A DNA stretch of 64,000 bases from a bacterium (GTDB lineage Bacteria; Electryoneota; JAOADG01), in contig OY820579.1 of assembly GCA_963681965.1 (NCBI GenBank), positions 736,001-800,000 on the forward strand, written 5' to 3'. The notes below the pieces were generated by a model that did not search any database, had not been told where the DNA came from, and saw only the letters and a list, made by a program, of their open reading frames with translations. Positions within the stretch are counted from its first letter, which is position 1. The number at the start of each line of letters is the position of its first letter. Positions 41,517 to 52,251 of this stretch are shown here, piece after piece. A program made the translations under genes and the position numbers.

Positions 41517-42689
41517 ATGCGGTCGGTATTTTTCATTATTCTCATTGTTCTGATAACCTCTTCTGAATTGCCCGCGCAGCACTGGGTAATGCAAACTTCT
41601 CCCAATCGAACCCGGTTGAATCGAGTTGCATTTGTCGATACAAGTAATGGCTGGGCGGTTGGCAACTCGGGGTTGATTATCCATACCTCGAATCATGGTA
41701 TCAGTTGGAATATCCAAACCAGCAATACCCCAAAGACGCTGCGAGATCTAGCATTCGTTAGTCCATCAACCGGATGGGTAGTCGGCGACAGTGGTTTGAT
41801 CTTACACACTACCGACAGCGGGAATAGTTGGAATCCGCAGATTAGCGGCACATTGAATTTTCTCAATGGTGTGGATTTTGTCGATTCGCTATACGGGTGG
41901 ACAGTCGGTACGAGTTGGATCGGAGATACGACCAGTGTAATATTGCATACCACCGATGGTGGCAATGTTTGGTCTCGACAATTCTGCGGTTCCGTCGATG
42001 CACTCACTTCCATTCAATTCATCGACCGCGACCATGGTTGGATGTCGCACGATCGTGGTGCCGTGTATCGAACCCAGAATGGCGGCAGCACCTGGCGGGG
42101 TTGCTTTATCGAATGGTCGCTTTTCATGTCGTTGTACCAAGTATCGATGGTCGATTGCGATCATGGTTGGGTTGTGGGTGGCAATGGCGGTATGGTTTTA
42201 CACTCATTCAATGTCGATAGTATCTGGCGTCGCCAACCGAGTGGGATGCTGTATTATTTTTCGGGAGTTGCTAGTATCGACACCAATACTTGCTGGGTGG
42301 TTGGCGAAAATGGCAACATCCGGCACACGCTGAATGGCGGAACCACTTGGCTTCGAGACACGATCGGCATAACAAGAAATATTCGCGGAGTATCTTTTAT
42401 CGATGCGATGAATGGTTGGGCGGTCGGGGACAGTGGAACGATTTTATACTACCATCGTGCTCCGCTGCAAGTCCCTCAGAATTTTACGATCGCAGCCGAT
42501 ACACCGGCAGTAAATCTTAGCTGGTCGGCGGTTCCGGGGGCGGGAATCCAGTATAATATTTATCGTGAAGACGTGCCCTATCACTCATTTCATACTTTGG
42601 TGGGAACGACTTCGGATACGACTTACTTAGACTTAATACAGCCCGCAACGACTTGTCACTATTATGTTGTTCGAGCATATGCACCGTGA
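41517..42689 (+). CDS. Secreted YCF48/BNR beta-propeller protein with C-terminal FN3-like domain
   Basis: GW.VG.SG.I.HT..GG..W repeats; VNLSWSAV...YNIYR. Confidence 0.85.
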   Translation: MRSVFFIILIVLITSSELPAQHWVMQTSPNRTRLNRVAFVDTSNGWAVGNSGLIIHTSNHGISWNIQTSNTPKTLRDLAFVSPSTGWVVGDSGLILHTTDSGNSWNPQISGTLNFLNGVDFVDSLYGWTVGTSWIGDTTSVILHTTDGGNVWSRQFCGSVDALTSIQFIDRDHGWMSHDRGAVYRTQNGGSTWRGCFIEWSLFMSLYQVSMVDCDHGWVVGGNGGMVLHSFNVDSIWRRQPSGMLYYFSGVASIDTNTCWVVGENGNIRHTLNGGTTWLRDTIGITRNIRGVSFIDAMNGWAVGDSGTILYYHRAPLQVPQNFTIAADTPAVNLSWSAVPGAGIQYNIYREDVPYHSFHTLVGTTSDTTYLDLIQPATTCHYYVVRAYAP

Positions 42690-42757
42690 GAGACTGTCTG
42701 TTTTAATTGAACAAGATTCGGAAGTGGAGTGAAAAAATTATAGAAAAATTGGATGAA

Positions 42758-43210
42758 TCAGTGTGGCGATACGGTCGGGGATCGACCGGAAATTTGATTC
42801 CGAGAACGTTTCACCGCTCTCTTGGTTTTTGTGTTTCGTTTTGGTGTGGTGTTGAAGAGATAGTGTATGGGAATTCCCAATCCCTCATGAAGTTTCGCAA
42901 TCATCATCTTGCTGAGATTTCGATGACCGGACAACACTTCATAAACCCTGCTACGTGAACCGATAAATGGTTCCAAGTCGCGATTGGTTAATCCTTGCTG
43001 TTCCATAACAAATTTGATCAGGTCGACGGGACTCACATTGACCGTTTTTAGCGAGCTGTGTTCATCATCATAACGTTGCATCAGAACGGCAATCAGTTCT
43101 ATGGTATCTGCTTCCGGCGAATTGGGTAGTGGATTGAGTGCAATCAAGCGATCCAGCTCGACGAGTGCCGCCTGATACTCTTCCGGGGTTTTAATTAGTT
43201 TCAGCACCAT
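42758..43210 (-). CDS. higA: HigA-family HTH antitoxin
   Basis: IKTPEEYQAAL, MEQQGLT..DL..IGSRSRVYEVL.G.R.LS..MI..L. Confidence 0.9.
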   Translation of the reverse strand: MVLKLIKTPEEYQAALVELDRLIALNPLPNSPEADTIELIAVLMQRYDDEHSSLKTVNVSPVDLIKFVMEQQGLTNRDLEPFIGSRSRVYEVLSGHRNLSKMMIAKLHEGLGIPIHYLFNTTPKRNTKTKRAVKRSRNQISGRSPTVSPH

Positions 43211-43218
43211 TTCGATGG

Positions 43219-43506
43219 TTACTCCAAGCGCAGTTTGTCGTACTCGGCATGAGTGCCGATCCAAACAATCCGAACGACATTTGCCACGTAGATCGCTTGC
43301 ACAATCAATCGATGTTTATTACCGCGAACATTGAAAATGACCCGATTATCGTGTAGAAAACTCGCTGTTGCAAAGCGCTGTTTGATTTCATGGCTAGTTT
43401 TCCATTTGGCTTCCGAAACCAGCAACACCCAAGCTTTCAGCGCAACTGCCGCATCGGGATGTGATCTTGCATATTGATCGAGTATTGTTCGGTTCGCGAT
43501 CAGCAT
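43219..43506 (-). CDS. higB: HigB-family toxin
   Basis: RVIFNVRGNKHRLIV, WIGTHAEYDK. Confidence 0.92.
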   Translation of the reverse strand: MLIANRTILDQYARSHPDAAVALKAWVLLVSEAKWKTSHEIKQRFATASFLHDNRVIFNVRGNKHRLIVQAIYVANVVRIVWIGTHAEYDKLRLE

Positions 43507-43511
43507 AATCT

Positions 43512-43540
43512 AATATACGGTGTTCCCATATTGGGAACAA
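43512..43540 (-). promoter_or_regulatory. higBA promoter with operator palindrome, probably leaderless
   Basis: TTGTTC-N17-TATATT ending 5 nt before ATG; palindrome tgttccca-tat-tgggaaca at 43521-43539. Confidence 0.7.
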
Positions 43541-43553
43541 GTCGGTTTCAGTC

Positions 43554-43592
43554 AAAAAAGAAACCGTGTTTCAGAACAACACCCTGAAACCC
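43554..43592 (-). repeat. R6: degenerate tRNA-terminator hairpin copy
   Basis: aaaaaag...gtgtttcaga-acaacac-cctgaaaccc. Confidence 0.6.
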
Positions 43593-43649
43593 AGTTTTAT
43601 TCTTATGATTGATTTCAAGAAACGCACGACGTTCACCCACCACCCCTCC

Positions 43650-44573
43650 TTATCCCATCATCGGCAGGAGTTGTTCGATCCGATTGATCGCTGCAGCTTC
43701 GATCTGTTGCGCTTCCTTCAGCAGCTCTATCTTCTTTTCGCTAGATATTGACTTGTCGCTGACCTGATACAAGGCTTCGGCGATTTGCGTGTAATCCGCG
43801 ATAAAAGGTTCCGTGACTGCGGCAAACAGCGGATACTTCGTGCCGATTTCCTGAAAATACTTCACTGCGAGTTTTCGACTTTCGGTCCACACCATTCCGT
43901 TCCACCAGTTTCCATGCTCGCTACCGTGACCGGACTCGACCCCTTTGATCCAGTTGGCATATGCGCCACTTCCAGTCGCATAGGGTGCATGTGAATACTT
44001 TTGCGGGTTGCGATGGAAATCGACTGCCAGCTTGAGGCTATCGCGGATCACGGTGAGTTCTTTGGCAGGCGTTGCTTTCGCAAACGAGAAGAACTCGACG
44101 TGACATTCGTCTTTTATTTCCTCCCAACTACCGAACGTCAGATGCGCCGGTGGAAAATCGGTCACTTGCGGCGCCCACGGCTGTGCGGTCAAGAAACCGG
44201 TGTCGTCGTACCCGGTGATCAGTTGATGCTCCATATTGCTGAGTGAACAAGGGATTCCCTGATCGAGCTTTTCAATCAACAGCGCGTCGAGTTGTTGCCG
44301 TTCTTCCAACGAATTGTTCATCGTATACGATCCGTGGACGGACATCACGATCCCGAGGTTCTCGATCCGCCGAATTGTTTCGCGCATATCCCAGCAGTAC
44401 GGTCCGCTGGGACAAATCTCCTCATGCACATTCATCAGAAACGCGAATCCGCTGCCACCAAACAACCAGGGGGTACTGACCTCGATCTTGAAATAATCGC
44501 TGACACCATGCAGTACTCCGATCAACGTGGAACAATAAGGTGGCATCGTAAGATTTGGTAGGTTTTTTGTCAT
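43650..44573 (-). CDS. Hypothetical protein (possibly BtrH/peptidase-C39-like fold)
   Basis: WLFGGSGFAF, CPSGPYCW, ITGYDD; function not recognised. Confidence 0.65.
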   Translation of the reverse strand: MTKNLPNLTMPPYCSTLIGVLHGVSDYFKIEVSTPWLFGGSGFAFLMNVHEEICPSGPYCWDMRETIRRIENLGIVMSVHGSYTMNNSLEERQQLDALLIEKLDQGIPCSLSNMEHQLITGYDDTGFLTAQPWAPQVTDFPPAHLTFGSWEEIKDECHVEFFSFAKATPAKELTVIRDSLKLAVDFHRNPQKYSHAPYATGSGAYANWIKGVESGHGSEHGNWWNGMVWTESRKLAVKYFQEIGTKYPLFAAVTEPFIADYTQIAEALYQVSDKSISSEKKIELLKEAQQIEAAAINRIEQLLPMMG

Positions 44574-44656
44574 GACGGTTTCCTCGGTATGATTACTTTA
44601 TAAAATAACTAATCGCGATAAAAGACTCAACCTGTGAAATACGATTCTCATCAAAA

Positions 44657-45643
44657 TTACTGCGGTGGACTAACCAAAGTGATTACGACATTTCCTTTTT
44701 TGTGTCCAAGGTCGACATAGCGATGCGCTTCAGCAATTTGCTCTAACGGGTATCGTCGATCGATCACGGCTCGATATTTACTCTGTTCGAATAAATCCTT
44801 CAGGATACTTAGATCGGATATTTTTTCGCTGTGCGAACGTAAACCGGTTGCGTGAAATTTTGCTTTCTTGCTTCCGGCAATCGAGGTCATTAGGACACTT
44901 ACTATCATTCCGAATGATATCCCTGCCTCGAGAAAAATCCCATTCGCTTCCAATGAACGTTTGCACTGCGAAAAAGAAATCTTGCCCACAGTATCGAAGA
45001 TGATGTGGTATTTCTCACCACTCTTGCTAAAATCTTCTTTGGTATAGTCGATCACTTTATCCGCGCCGATGGATTTAACCAACTCCAGATTTGTTCCACT
45101 ACACACTCCCGTGACTTCCGCGCCGAAGAATTTGGCTAGTTGCACGGCGGCAGTGCCGACACTACCGGAAGCGCCATAAATTAGAACCTTTTGCCCACTC
45201 TGGATTTTTCCCTTATCTCGCAAAAAAGGCAATGCGGTTAAGACACCATCGACGCTGGCAGCAGCTTCTTCAAAAGAAATGCTGACGGGCTTAATAGTAA
45301 GTTCGCCGTTTTCAGGTAGACAGATGTATTCTGCATTGGCGCCAAATTTGGGACCGGTAGATCCGAAAACTTGGTCGCCGTTTTTGAAACGGGTCACATT
45401 ACTTCCAATTGCAACGATCTCACCGCCGAACTCTTCGCCAAGAGTATTCAATTTTGGTTTTGTGAAACCCATAAATAATCTTGAGATAAATGGCTTTCCC
45501 TGTCGGAAAATACATTCAGTGGCTGTGACTGTTGTTGCGTGAATTTTTATCAACACTTCGTTGGGCTTCGGAGTTGGTTGATCCACTTCGCGGATCTGGA
45601 TGACATCTGGTGACCCATACTTGGTGACTATCGCTATTTTCAT
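44657..45643 (-). CDS. NAD(P)-dependent MDR-family oxidoreductase (quinone reductase-like)
   Basis: KYGSPDV, VLIYGASGSVGTAAVQLAK, GHKKGNVVI. Confidence 0.92.
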   Translation of the reverse strand: MKIAIVTKYGSPDVIQIREVDQPTPKPNEVLIKIHATTVTATECIFRQGKPFISRLFMGFTKPKLNTLGEEFGGEIVAIGSNVTRFKNGDQVFGSTGPKFGANAEYICLPENGELTIKPVSISFEEAAASVDGVLTALPFLRDKGKIQSGQKVLIYGASGSVGTAAVQLAKFFGAEVTGVCSGTNLELVKSIGADKVIDYTKEDFSKSGEKYHIIFDTVGKISFSQCKRSLEANGIFLEAGISFGMIVSVLMTSIAGSKKAKFHATGLRSHSEKISDLSILKDLFEQSKYRAVIDRRYPLEQIAEAHRYVDLGHKKGNVVITLVSPPQ

Positions 45644-45793
45644 GCCGCTATTTTTCCAAATTAGAAGTATTCAGGAGACGACTATTCTCGCACCGGATTC
45701 ATTTTGCTAAGTCGATGATTTGTATTTTGATACTGTAAGTTAAGTGGAGTTAATAAACTGGTTGGTTGCACTACTTCTCCTCGTATTCTAAAT

Positions 45794-45857
45794 GGATTGC
45801 AGGGATAAGTCCTGAAACCCCTCAAAATCTGGAGCGGAGGTCTTCTAGGATTGAGAA
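45794..45857 (-). repeat. R5: degenerate tRNA-Ser 3' end + terminator copy
   Basis: ggattgcagg-gataagt-cctgaaaccc...atctggagcggagg vs tRNA flank atctggtgcggaga. Confidence 0.7.
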
Positions 45858-45891
45858 TTTTCAGTAGATTGAGGTCATTCCTTCGGTATGT

Positions 45892-46803
45892 TTACAAGCC
45901 CAAAGCTTCTAAGATCGGCTTCTCATATTCACCATCTTCTCCCGGATAACGTAAATTCTGCGCGCCATTGTCAACGGCAATCTGGCGAAGGATACTCTCT
46001 CCTGCCGGCATTGATCGTGGTTCGATCGAATAAACAGGGTCTGCAAACGCTTCCTCAGGATCGATAATCATCCAACCATTCGAATGGTACATCGCGATAA
46101 TATCCTTAAGGAAAAACGCGTTAATTTGGTTGTGATGTAACAGAAGGATGTGCTTAACCGATCTGCCGAGATACTTTTGTGACAGACTGTCGTAGAAGAC
46201 TGAGCGATTCCAAAGGTGATTAAGATAGGCGGTTTTTAATTTCTGTAGATCATAATCAGGAGTTTGTGTGAGACGCTTTACCATCCAATCGTCATAGAAC
46301 CAATCGCTGGCGTCAATCGAGACGGGCGCTGATCGGTAATCAATCGACTTCATAAATTGGCGGAATTGATCGCGTTTATCGAGTGTGTTTCCCTCTTTCA
46401 AGTAAGTAAATCGGAAGAGTTTCCGGTACCCATAAAGCTTCGAGATGGCAGAATCGCAACCGAGTACTTCCTTTTCGTAATCCTCAAGTGACACTTTTTG
46501 GCTGTTAAAGTACGGGTGATGCACCGTGTGATTTCCGATCAGATGTCCCTCGATACCCCATTGCCGGATCAATTTCATTTGCAGAGCGCCACCGTTCCGG
46601 ATAGTAACGAATAAAATGGCTTTTACACTGTCGGCATGAAGTTGCGAAAGAATGGCATTATTCCGGGCAGTGACGGAGACGCCTGCGCGATCCGCCATTA
46701 GGGGTCCGTCGTCAAAAGTGAATGCGATGGATCGAGCAGATACGGATGAACAAATACAGATACAGGTTACAAGAGCACATACCGAATGGAGGAAAAATCG
46801 CAT
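45892..46803 (-). CDS. Polysaccharide deacetylase (NodB family), secreted
   Basis: TFDDGP, GNHT.HHP, FRFTYL, ILLLH. Confidence 0.9.
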   Translation of the reverse strand: MRFFLHSVCALVTCICICSSVSARSIAFTFDDGPLMADRAGVSVTARNNAILSQLHADSVKAILFVTIRNGGALQMKLIRQWGIEGHLIGNHTVHHPYFNSQKVSLEDYEKEVLGCDSAISKLYGYRKLFRFTYLKEGNTLDKRDQFRQFMKSIDYRSAPVSIDASDWFYDDWMVKRLTQTPDYDLQKLKTAYLNHLWNRSVFYDSLSQKYLGRSVKHILLLHHNQINAFFLKDIIAMYHSNGWMIIDPEEAFADPVYSIEPRSMPAGESILRQIAVDNGAQNLRYPGEDGEYEKPILEALGL

Positions 46804-47180
46804 TGAATTCTCACGCTAATCGAATATTAATGATCACTGGTAAGATAATGAAGTCAGATTGCGAATTAAACATTATTCAGAAATTAAGTTAAACCGATCC
46901 AGCACTACTAGAAGCGAATGCACGTTGAGGTAGAAAAAAATCTTAATCCGATTTAATCGTCACTCCGATCTCGCTTTGCGTTAATGATCGAGTTGTTTTT
47001 CCGACGGCAACATCTGCCTTTGCCGAGATTCGGTCTCTAACAATAAATACTGCATTGGTATCTGTGCCCTTTCGATCCAATCGCTCGCGTATCCCATCAG
47101 TATCTCCCTCCTTATCTTAAATTCTGACTAAATTTTTGGGATTGTGAATCGGAGGGGGCAACTCAAGAGGGAAGACTGGA

Positions 47181-48299
47181 TCAAGACTGTTCAATCAGTT
47201 TTGGAAGTGTTATTGATACAGTTGTTCCTTGCCCTATCTGACTTTTAATTACTAAACTCCCTTGATATAGCTCCGTTAGTTCGCGAGCAATAACTAAACC
47301 CAACCCTAAACCCTGCTGTTCAAACGTTTCACGATCGAATTGATTAAATGAATTGACGCATTCTATTTGTTCAGGTAGCATGCCTCGTCCGACATCTGAA
47401 ACCTGTATTAATATAGTATTTCCTAAATCATGAGTTGTTACAACAACCATCGATGAAGTATTAGAGAATTTTAACGCGTTATCTAGAATTTCTTCAAGTA
47501 TTTTTTTTAAATGAATTGATGAAATCCGTAGAATGTAATCCTGAATAATTAGCCTTATGTCATTCGGGCGTTGATATTGTTTCATCAAAGACGTTGAAAT
47601 TGTCGTTATTATGTCGATCAACGAAGTCAATCCATCAGATATTAAATTCTCAACGCAAATAGTATTCAATTTCCAGTAATAAAGTTGATTCATTAATAGA
47701 ACATTCTCTAACATATGAAGAAGTCGCTGACCAGACCGATAAATCCGATTACCAAATTTTGGAATATCATCTGATGGAATATTGTTAACCTGCATCATAA
47801 CTTGAGCATACCCAAGAATCGAGCTAAGGGGAGTCCGAAACTCATGGGGAAGCGTGTAGAAGATCATATTCCTAACTTCTTTGAACTGAACGTCATAATA
47901 ATCCTGTAGAGAGTCCCTTTTTTTTAACTGTGTTGCCACACAATCAACAAGCTCCTGCACAGTCAGTGGTTTTATCAGGTAATCGTCCGCACCTAAGTAC
48001 ATTCCATGTCGAATTTCATGTTTCTCTCCGCGGCTTGTAAGGAACACAAACGGGATATTGTCGAAATAGTGTTTCTCTTTTAGCTTTTTCAAGAACGAAT
48101 AACCATCCATTATAGGCATGCTGATATCACACAGAATCATTTTCGGGTTTGAGGCGTCTAATCGCTCCAACCCTTCCTCTCCATTCTGGGCTTGGATGAT
48201 TTTATACCCAGCAAACTCAAGTGTTTGAACGATAAGTTGACGCGTCTCATCTTCATCGTCAACGACAAGAATCAACGATTTTTCACTGACTGGTTTCAT
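47181..48299 (-). CDS. Hybrid receiver-histidine kinase
   Basis: VVDDE, CDISMP, LPHEFRTPL, DNALKFS, GLGLGL. Confidence 0.9.
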   Translation of the reverse strand: MKPVSEKSLILVVDDEDETRQLIVQTLEFAGYKIIQAQNGEEGLERLDASNPKMILCDISMPIMDGYSFLKKLKEKHYFDNIPFVFLTSRGEKHEIRHGMYLGADDYLIKPLTVQELVDCVATQLKKRDSLQDYYDVQFKEVRNMIFYTLPHEFRTPLSSILGYAQVMMQVNNIPSDDIPKFGNRIYRSGQRLLHMLENVLLMNQLYYWKLNTICVENLISDGLTSLIDIITTISTSLMKQYQRPNDIRLIIQDYILRISSIHLKKILEEILDNALKFSNTSSMVVVTTHDLGNTILIQVSDVGRGMLPEQIECVNSFNQFDRETFEQQGLGLGLVIARELTELYQGSLVIKSQIGQGTTVSITLPKLIEQS

Positions 48300-48410
48300 T
48301 ACTTGAACTCCAAATTGCCATGAAATTCCAATGACCATATTTACGTGTAAAGTCGCTGCGATCTTCTATTTCCGGACAGGAATTTCGCAAACCTGTGTGT
48401 CATATCATCT

Positions 48411-48830
48411 TCATGGAACGAGATGGCACTCGCCCTTGTGTTTATTGTAAGCGATGTGCGCATCATTGATAGCCTGTAACAACTCTTTACATGCAAAAGG
48501 CTTCTTTAAAAAATAAAAGATATGACTTAGATTTATAGCTTTAGTTAGAACGTTGTAATCTGCAATTCCGGAGATAACCACACGAATGACATTGGGATAT
48601 TCGACACGAACTTTTTGTAAAAGTTCGACTCCATCCATGCCGGGCATATGAAAGTCGCTTATAATGATCTCAAAGGGGCTCTCGGATAAAATTTTCAGAG
48701 CCGCAGTTCCGTCAGCAGCAAAGGATGCTTCCAACTTTTCGATTTCAGCGAAACCACGATACAATTGCAAGAATATCTCTTCATCATCGACAAAGAGAAC
48801 TTTCGGGGTCGTGTTTGTTTCACTCATCAT
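48411..48830 (-). CDS. Single-domain response regulator
   Basis: LFVDDE, SDFHMP, KPF. Confidence 0.88.
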   Translation of the reverse strand: MMSETNTTPKVLFVDDEEIFLQLYRGFAEIEKLEASFAADGTAALKILSESPFEIIISDFHMPGMDGVELLQKVRVEYPNVIRVVISGIADYNVLTKAINLSHIFYFLKKPFACKELLQAINDAHIAYNKHKGECHLVP

Positions 48831-48934
48831 ATTGACCTCAGTGGTATTTCAACATCTCCATTGCGAACTCGGAGCAAATCAACCATTCGTTGCTTTTGTG
48901 AAAACAAAATGAGTCCTTTGCCCAAATATGACAA

Positions 48935-49294
48935 TTATTTATATTGATCGAGCACATTAAACAGATCTCGAAGGTTAAACGGCTTCGGTAATAGATGTTC
49001 AACAGTCCCATTTTGAACTGCCTCGACAACTTCAGGCGATCCTTCGAAGCCGGTTGCTAGAATCCGTTTTATTCCTGGGAAGCTCAATTTCACATAGGCT
49101 AACAGCTCGGTTCCCGTCATATCTGACATGTTATGATCCGCCACAATTACATCGATTTTATTTTCTTGCAGCGTCGTCACTGCTTTTTTACACTCCGATT
49201 CGAAGTAAGCGTGTAAATTGAACGAACTAGCGTATGTTCGATAAAAGTTAAGCATGATGTCTTCATCGTCTACGAATAAAATGCTCTCGCTCAT
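48935..49294 (-). CDS. Single-domain response regulator
   Basis: LFVDDE, ADHNMS, KPF. Confidence 0.88.
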   Translation of the reverse strand: MSESILFVDDEDIMLNFYRTYASSFNLHAYFESECKKAVTTLQENKIDVIVADHNMSDMTGTELLAYVKLSFPGIKRILATGFEGSPEVVEAVQNGTVEHLLPKPFNLRDLFNVLDQYK

Positions 49295-49298
49295 TTCG

Positions 49299-52103
49299 CT
49301 ATCTCCTTACCGGCTCGATCGAAAAGTTGACGGGTAATACACTTTCAGGTAACACTACTGTAAAAGTAGTTTCACCCGGAACCGAGGAAATATTCAACTT
49401 TCCACCGTGCTTATTTAGTATCTGTTTGATCGAGTAAATTCCCAACCCAGTGCCGCTACCATGTCCTTTGGCAGTTTCATCCTGTCCCTTGGTTGTATAA
49501 AAAGGTTCTCCTAATCTTGCTAAAGCGTCAGGTAATATCCCACAACCGTTATCATGCACTGAGAACCAAACTGTTTTCTCAGATTCCGTTTTACCACTCG
49601 AAATATTTATCACCCGATGTTTGATATTAAAAAGAGCATCGCGTGCATTGCTTACCAAGTTCAGAAAACACTGCCCGATCTCACTACCTTTAGCATGTAC
49701 GTGTAGCGGAGAATCGTGTAGAGATACCGTGAACTGAATGTTGTGCTTCAAATCGAGATCAGCTTTTAGAAGTGCGGTATCAGTCATTATAATCTGATTC
49801 AAATCTACGATTCCAGACGAATCTTTGCTGTTAATGAGATGGTACTGCATAATCTCGTTGATAATTTCCTCAATTCGTGTCGTTCCCAACAGTATATTAT
49901 CAAGACCGGATAGTGTTTGCTCGATGGAGGAACGATGTCCGTTAGTTTGTGAAGTTGTAGATTCAAGTTGGCTATTCAAGGTCAATTGCATCAGTGAAGC
50001 CTGCATCGTGATAATCCCAAGCGGCGAACGCAAATTGTGAGTAATTCCTGATGCGAGCAGTCCAACCTGAGATAGGTGGAACTGTTTGTTCAATTCCTGT
50101 TCGAGTCGTATTCGTTGAGTAGTAAGCTGTTTCAGTTCAGTGATGTCATCGATGCTGGATAGAATTAATTGTTCGTTGTTTATCTTCACGATCTGGGCGG
50201 AAAAGAGGCATGTAATATTTCTCCCTCCCTTAACTTTGAAAACCACTTCCCGACCAACAATAGCATTACCTGCCCGAAGTGTTTCAACGATGCGTTTTCG
50301 TTCTTCTGTATCGACCCACAAATCCAATCCTAATGAAGAATTTCCAAACACCTCCTCTTTCGAGTATCCAGTAATCTTGTAGAACGCGTCGTTTACTTCG
50401 ATAAATTTACTAGTCTCAGGGTGTGTGATTGCGATGGCATAGGGCGAAGTTTGAAATGCCTTGGAGTACCTCTCTTCACTTTGGCGAAGTAAAGCATCGG
50501 AGTGTTTAAGCTCTCTAATCGCATTCATTCTTATCGAAATATCTCGGATGTTACATTGAATGACCTTTTTATTGTTGACCAGATAAACATTACTGACAAA
50601 TTCCACATCAATTGTTCGCTTGTCAGCGGTTTCAAGTGGCATATTCTCGTAACGGACATATTCATTTTGTTGCAGTTCCATGAAGTTCTCTTGATTGGCG
50701 ATTATATCCTTAAAGAATCCCAGCTCCCAAACTCTTTTGCCGAGAAATACTTCGTGCGAAAAACCAAGTAAGTCAACAAGGAATTGATTCACATCTACGA
50801 TCATTCCAGTTTCAGCATCGAGGATCAAAATTCCATCCTTCGCACTCTCAAAGAGACGTCGGTATTGATTTTCTGAAATTCGAAGTGCTTTTTCTGCAAC
50901 CACTCGCTCCGTGATATTGCGGATATTGCATTGAATCACCTTCTTGTTGTCTACGAGATAGACATTACTGACGAACTCGACTTCGATTTTCCGACCGTCA
51001 ACGGTTTCTAGCGGCATGTTCTCATACCGAACATATTCCTTCTGTTGCAGTTCCAGGAAATTTACTTCGTTTGCGATTAAATCCTTGAAGAAGCCCAGCT
51101 CCCAAATCTTTTTTCCGAGAAACGCCTCATGGGTGTATCCCAGAAGCTCCATCAAGTATGGATTTACGTCTTCAATCATGCCTGTTTCAGAATCGAGTAT
51201 CAGGATTCCATCCTTCGCGCTTTCAAATAACCGTCGATACTTAACCTCAGAAGCACGAAGAGCTACTTCTACTAGATTGCGATTTGTGATATCGCGAAAG
51301 ATGATGCATGTCTTTTCTTGACCTTGGCTTGATTTATAGATCACGGAAGTTACTTCTGCTTCGAAGGTTTCACCGTTACCACGTAAGAGAGTCAATTCCT
51401 CTCTGAATCTCCCGGTCTTTTCTCTTTTTGCCAAAGCGGATGCGAGTCTGGGATCGGACTGATCAACGAGCCCTTTCCGGTTATCCTTGCATATTTCTGC
51501 CTCTGTTCGCATTAAAATTCGACAAGCGGCGGGATTGGCAGTAATAACATTCCCGTCAACTGTCGTCTCTAAAATGGCATCGTCGCTTGATTCGAAAATC
51601 ATCCGAAAGCGCTCCTCGCTTTCGCGAAGCGAATCTTCCATTATCTTGCGTTCGATCAATTCTTCGGTCATTTGCTGGTTAGCCTGTATCAGCTCAGTTG
51701 ATTTTTCTTCAAGTGCGACTCTTACTTGGCTTAGTTGAAGTTGAATTTTTACCCGTGCCAACAACTCCTTGGTTCGGAAGGGTTTTGATACGTAGTCTAC
51801 TGCGCCGAGTCGAAATCCATCAATCCACTCTTGCGGTTCGGCAATGGCACTAATCATTATGATTGGAATGGCTTTGGTCTTTTCCTGGGCTTTGAGCTGT
51901 CGACATACCTCAAGACCACTCATATCTTGCATTCGGATGTCCAGCAATATGAGATCCGGGAGATGCGATGCAATTGAAGTTAATGCCAACTCGCCACTAT
52001 CTGCGGGCAATACATGATACCCTTCCAAGGTTAAAACCTTTACAAGAAGCGCCAACGAATCTGTCATGCCGTCTACAGCGAGAATAATTGGTTTACTTTG
52101 CAT
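49299..52103 (-). CDS. REC-4xPAS-histidine kinase
   Basis: N-terminal receiver (LLDIRM), PAS repeats, ITHNLRSPL, FYTTKG...GTGLG. Confidence 0.9.
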   Translation of the reverse strand: MQSKPIILAVDGMTDSLALLVKVLTLEGYHVLPADSGELALTSIASHLPDLILLDIRMQDMSGLEVCRQLKAQEKTKAIPIIMISAIAEPQEWIDGFRLGAVDYVSKPFRTKELLARVKIQLQLSQVRVALEEKSTELIQANQQMTEELIERKIMEDSLRESEERFRMIFESSDDAILETTVDGNVITANPAACRILMRTEAEICKDNRKGLVDQSDPRLASALAKREKTGRFREELTLLRGNGETFEAEVTSVIYKSSQGQEKTCIIFRDITNRNLVEVALRASEVKYRRLFESAKDGILILDSETGMIEDVNPYLMELLGYTHEAFLGKKIWELGFFKDLIANEVNFLELQQKEYVRYENMPLETVDGRKIEVEFVSNVYLVDNKKVIQCNIRNITERVVAEKALRISENQYRRLFESAKDGILILDAETGMIVDVNQFLVDLLGFSHEVFLGKRVWELGFFKDIIANQENFMELQQNEYVRYENMPLETADKRTIDVEFVSNVYLVNNKKVIQCNIRDISIRMNAIRELKHSDALLRQSEERYSKAFQTSPYAIAITHPETSKFIEVNDAFYKITGYSKEEVFGNSSLGLDLWVDTEERKRIVETLRAGNAIVGREVVFKVKGGRNITCLFSAQIVKINNEQLILSSIDDITELKQLTTQRIRLEQELNKQFHLSQVGLLASGITHNLRSPLGIITMQASLMQLTLNSQLESTTSQTNGHRSSIEQTLSGLDNILLGTTRIEEIINEIMQYHLINSKDSSGIVDLNQIIMTDTALLKADLDLKHNIQFTVSLHDSPLHVHAKGSEIGQCFLNLVSNARDALFNIKHRVINISSGKTESEKTVWFSVHDNGCGILPDALARLGEPFYTTKGQDETAKGHGSGTGLGIYSIKQILNKHGGKLNISSVPGETTFTVVLPESVLPVNFSIEPVRR

Positions 52104-52251
52104 GAGATTTATCCTTTAAATGTACAGATTGGAGATGATATGGCTTTAGGAATTCAGAATTTTTGAATACAGTAGTTGTTTCGACAGTTGGTGAAGATCA
52201 CTGCCTAATTCTGGATTTACTTTCATTATTCTTTCGATCACTCCAGCGATT

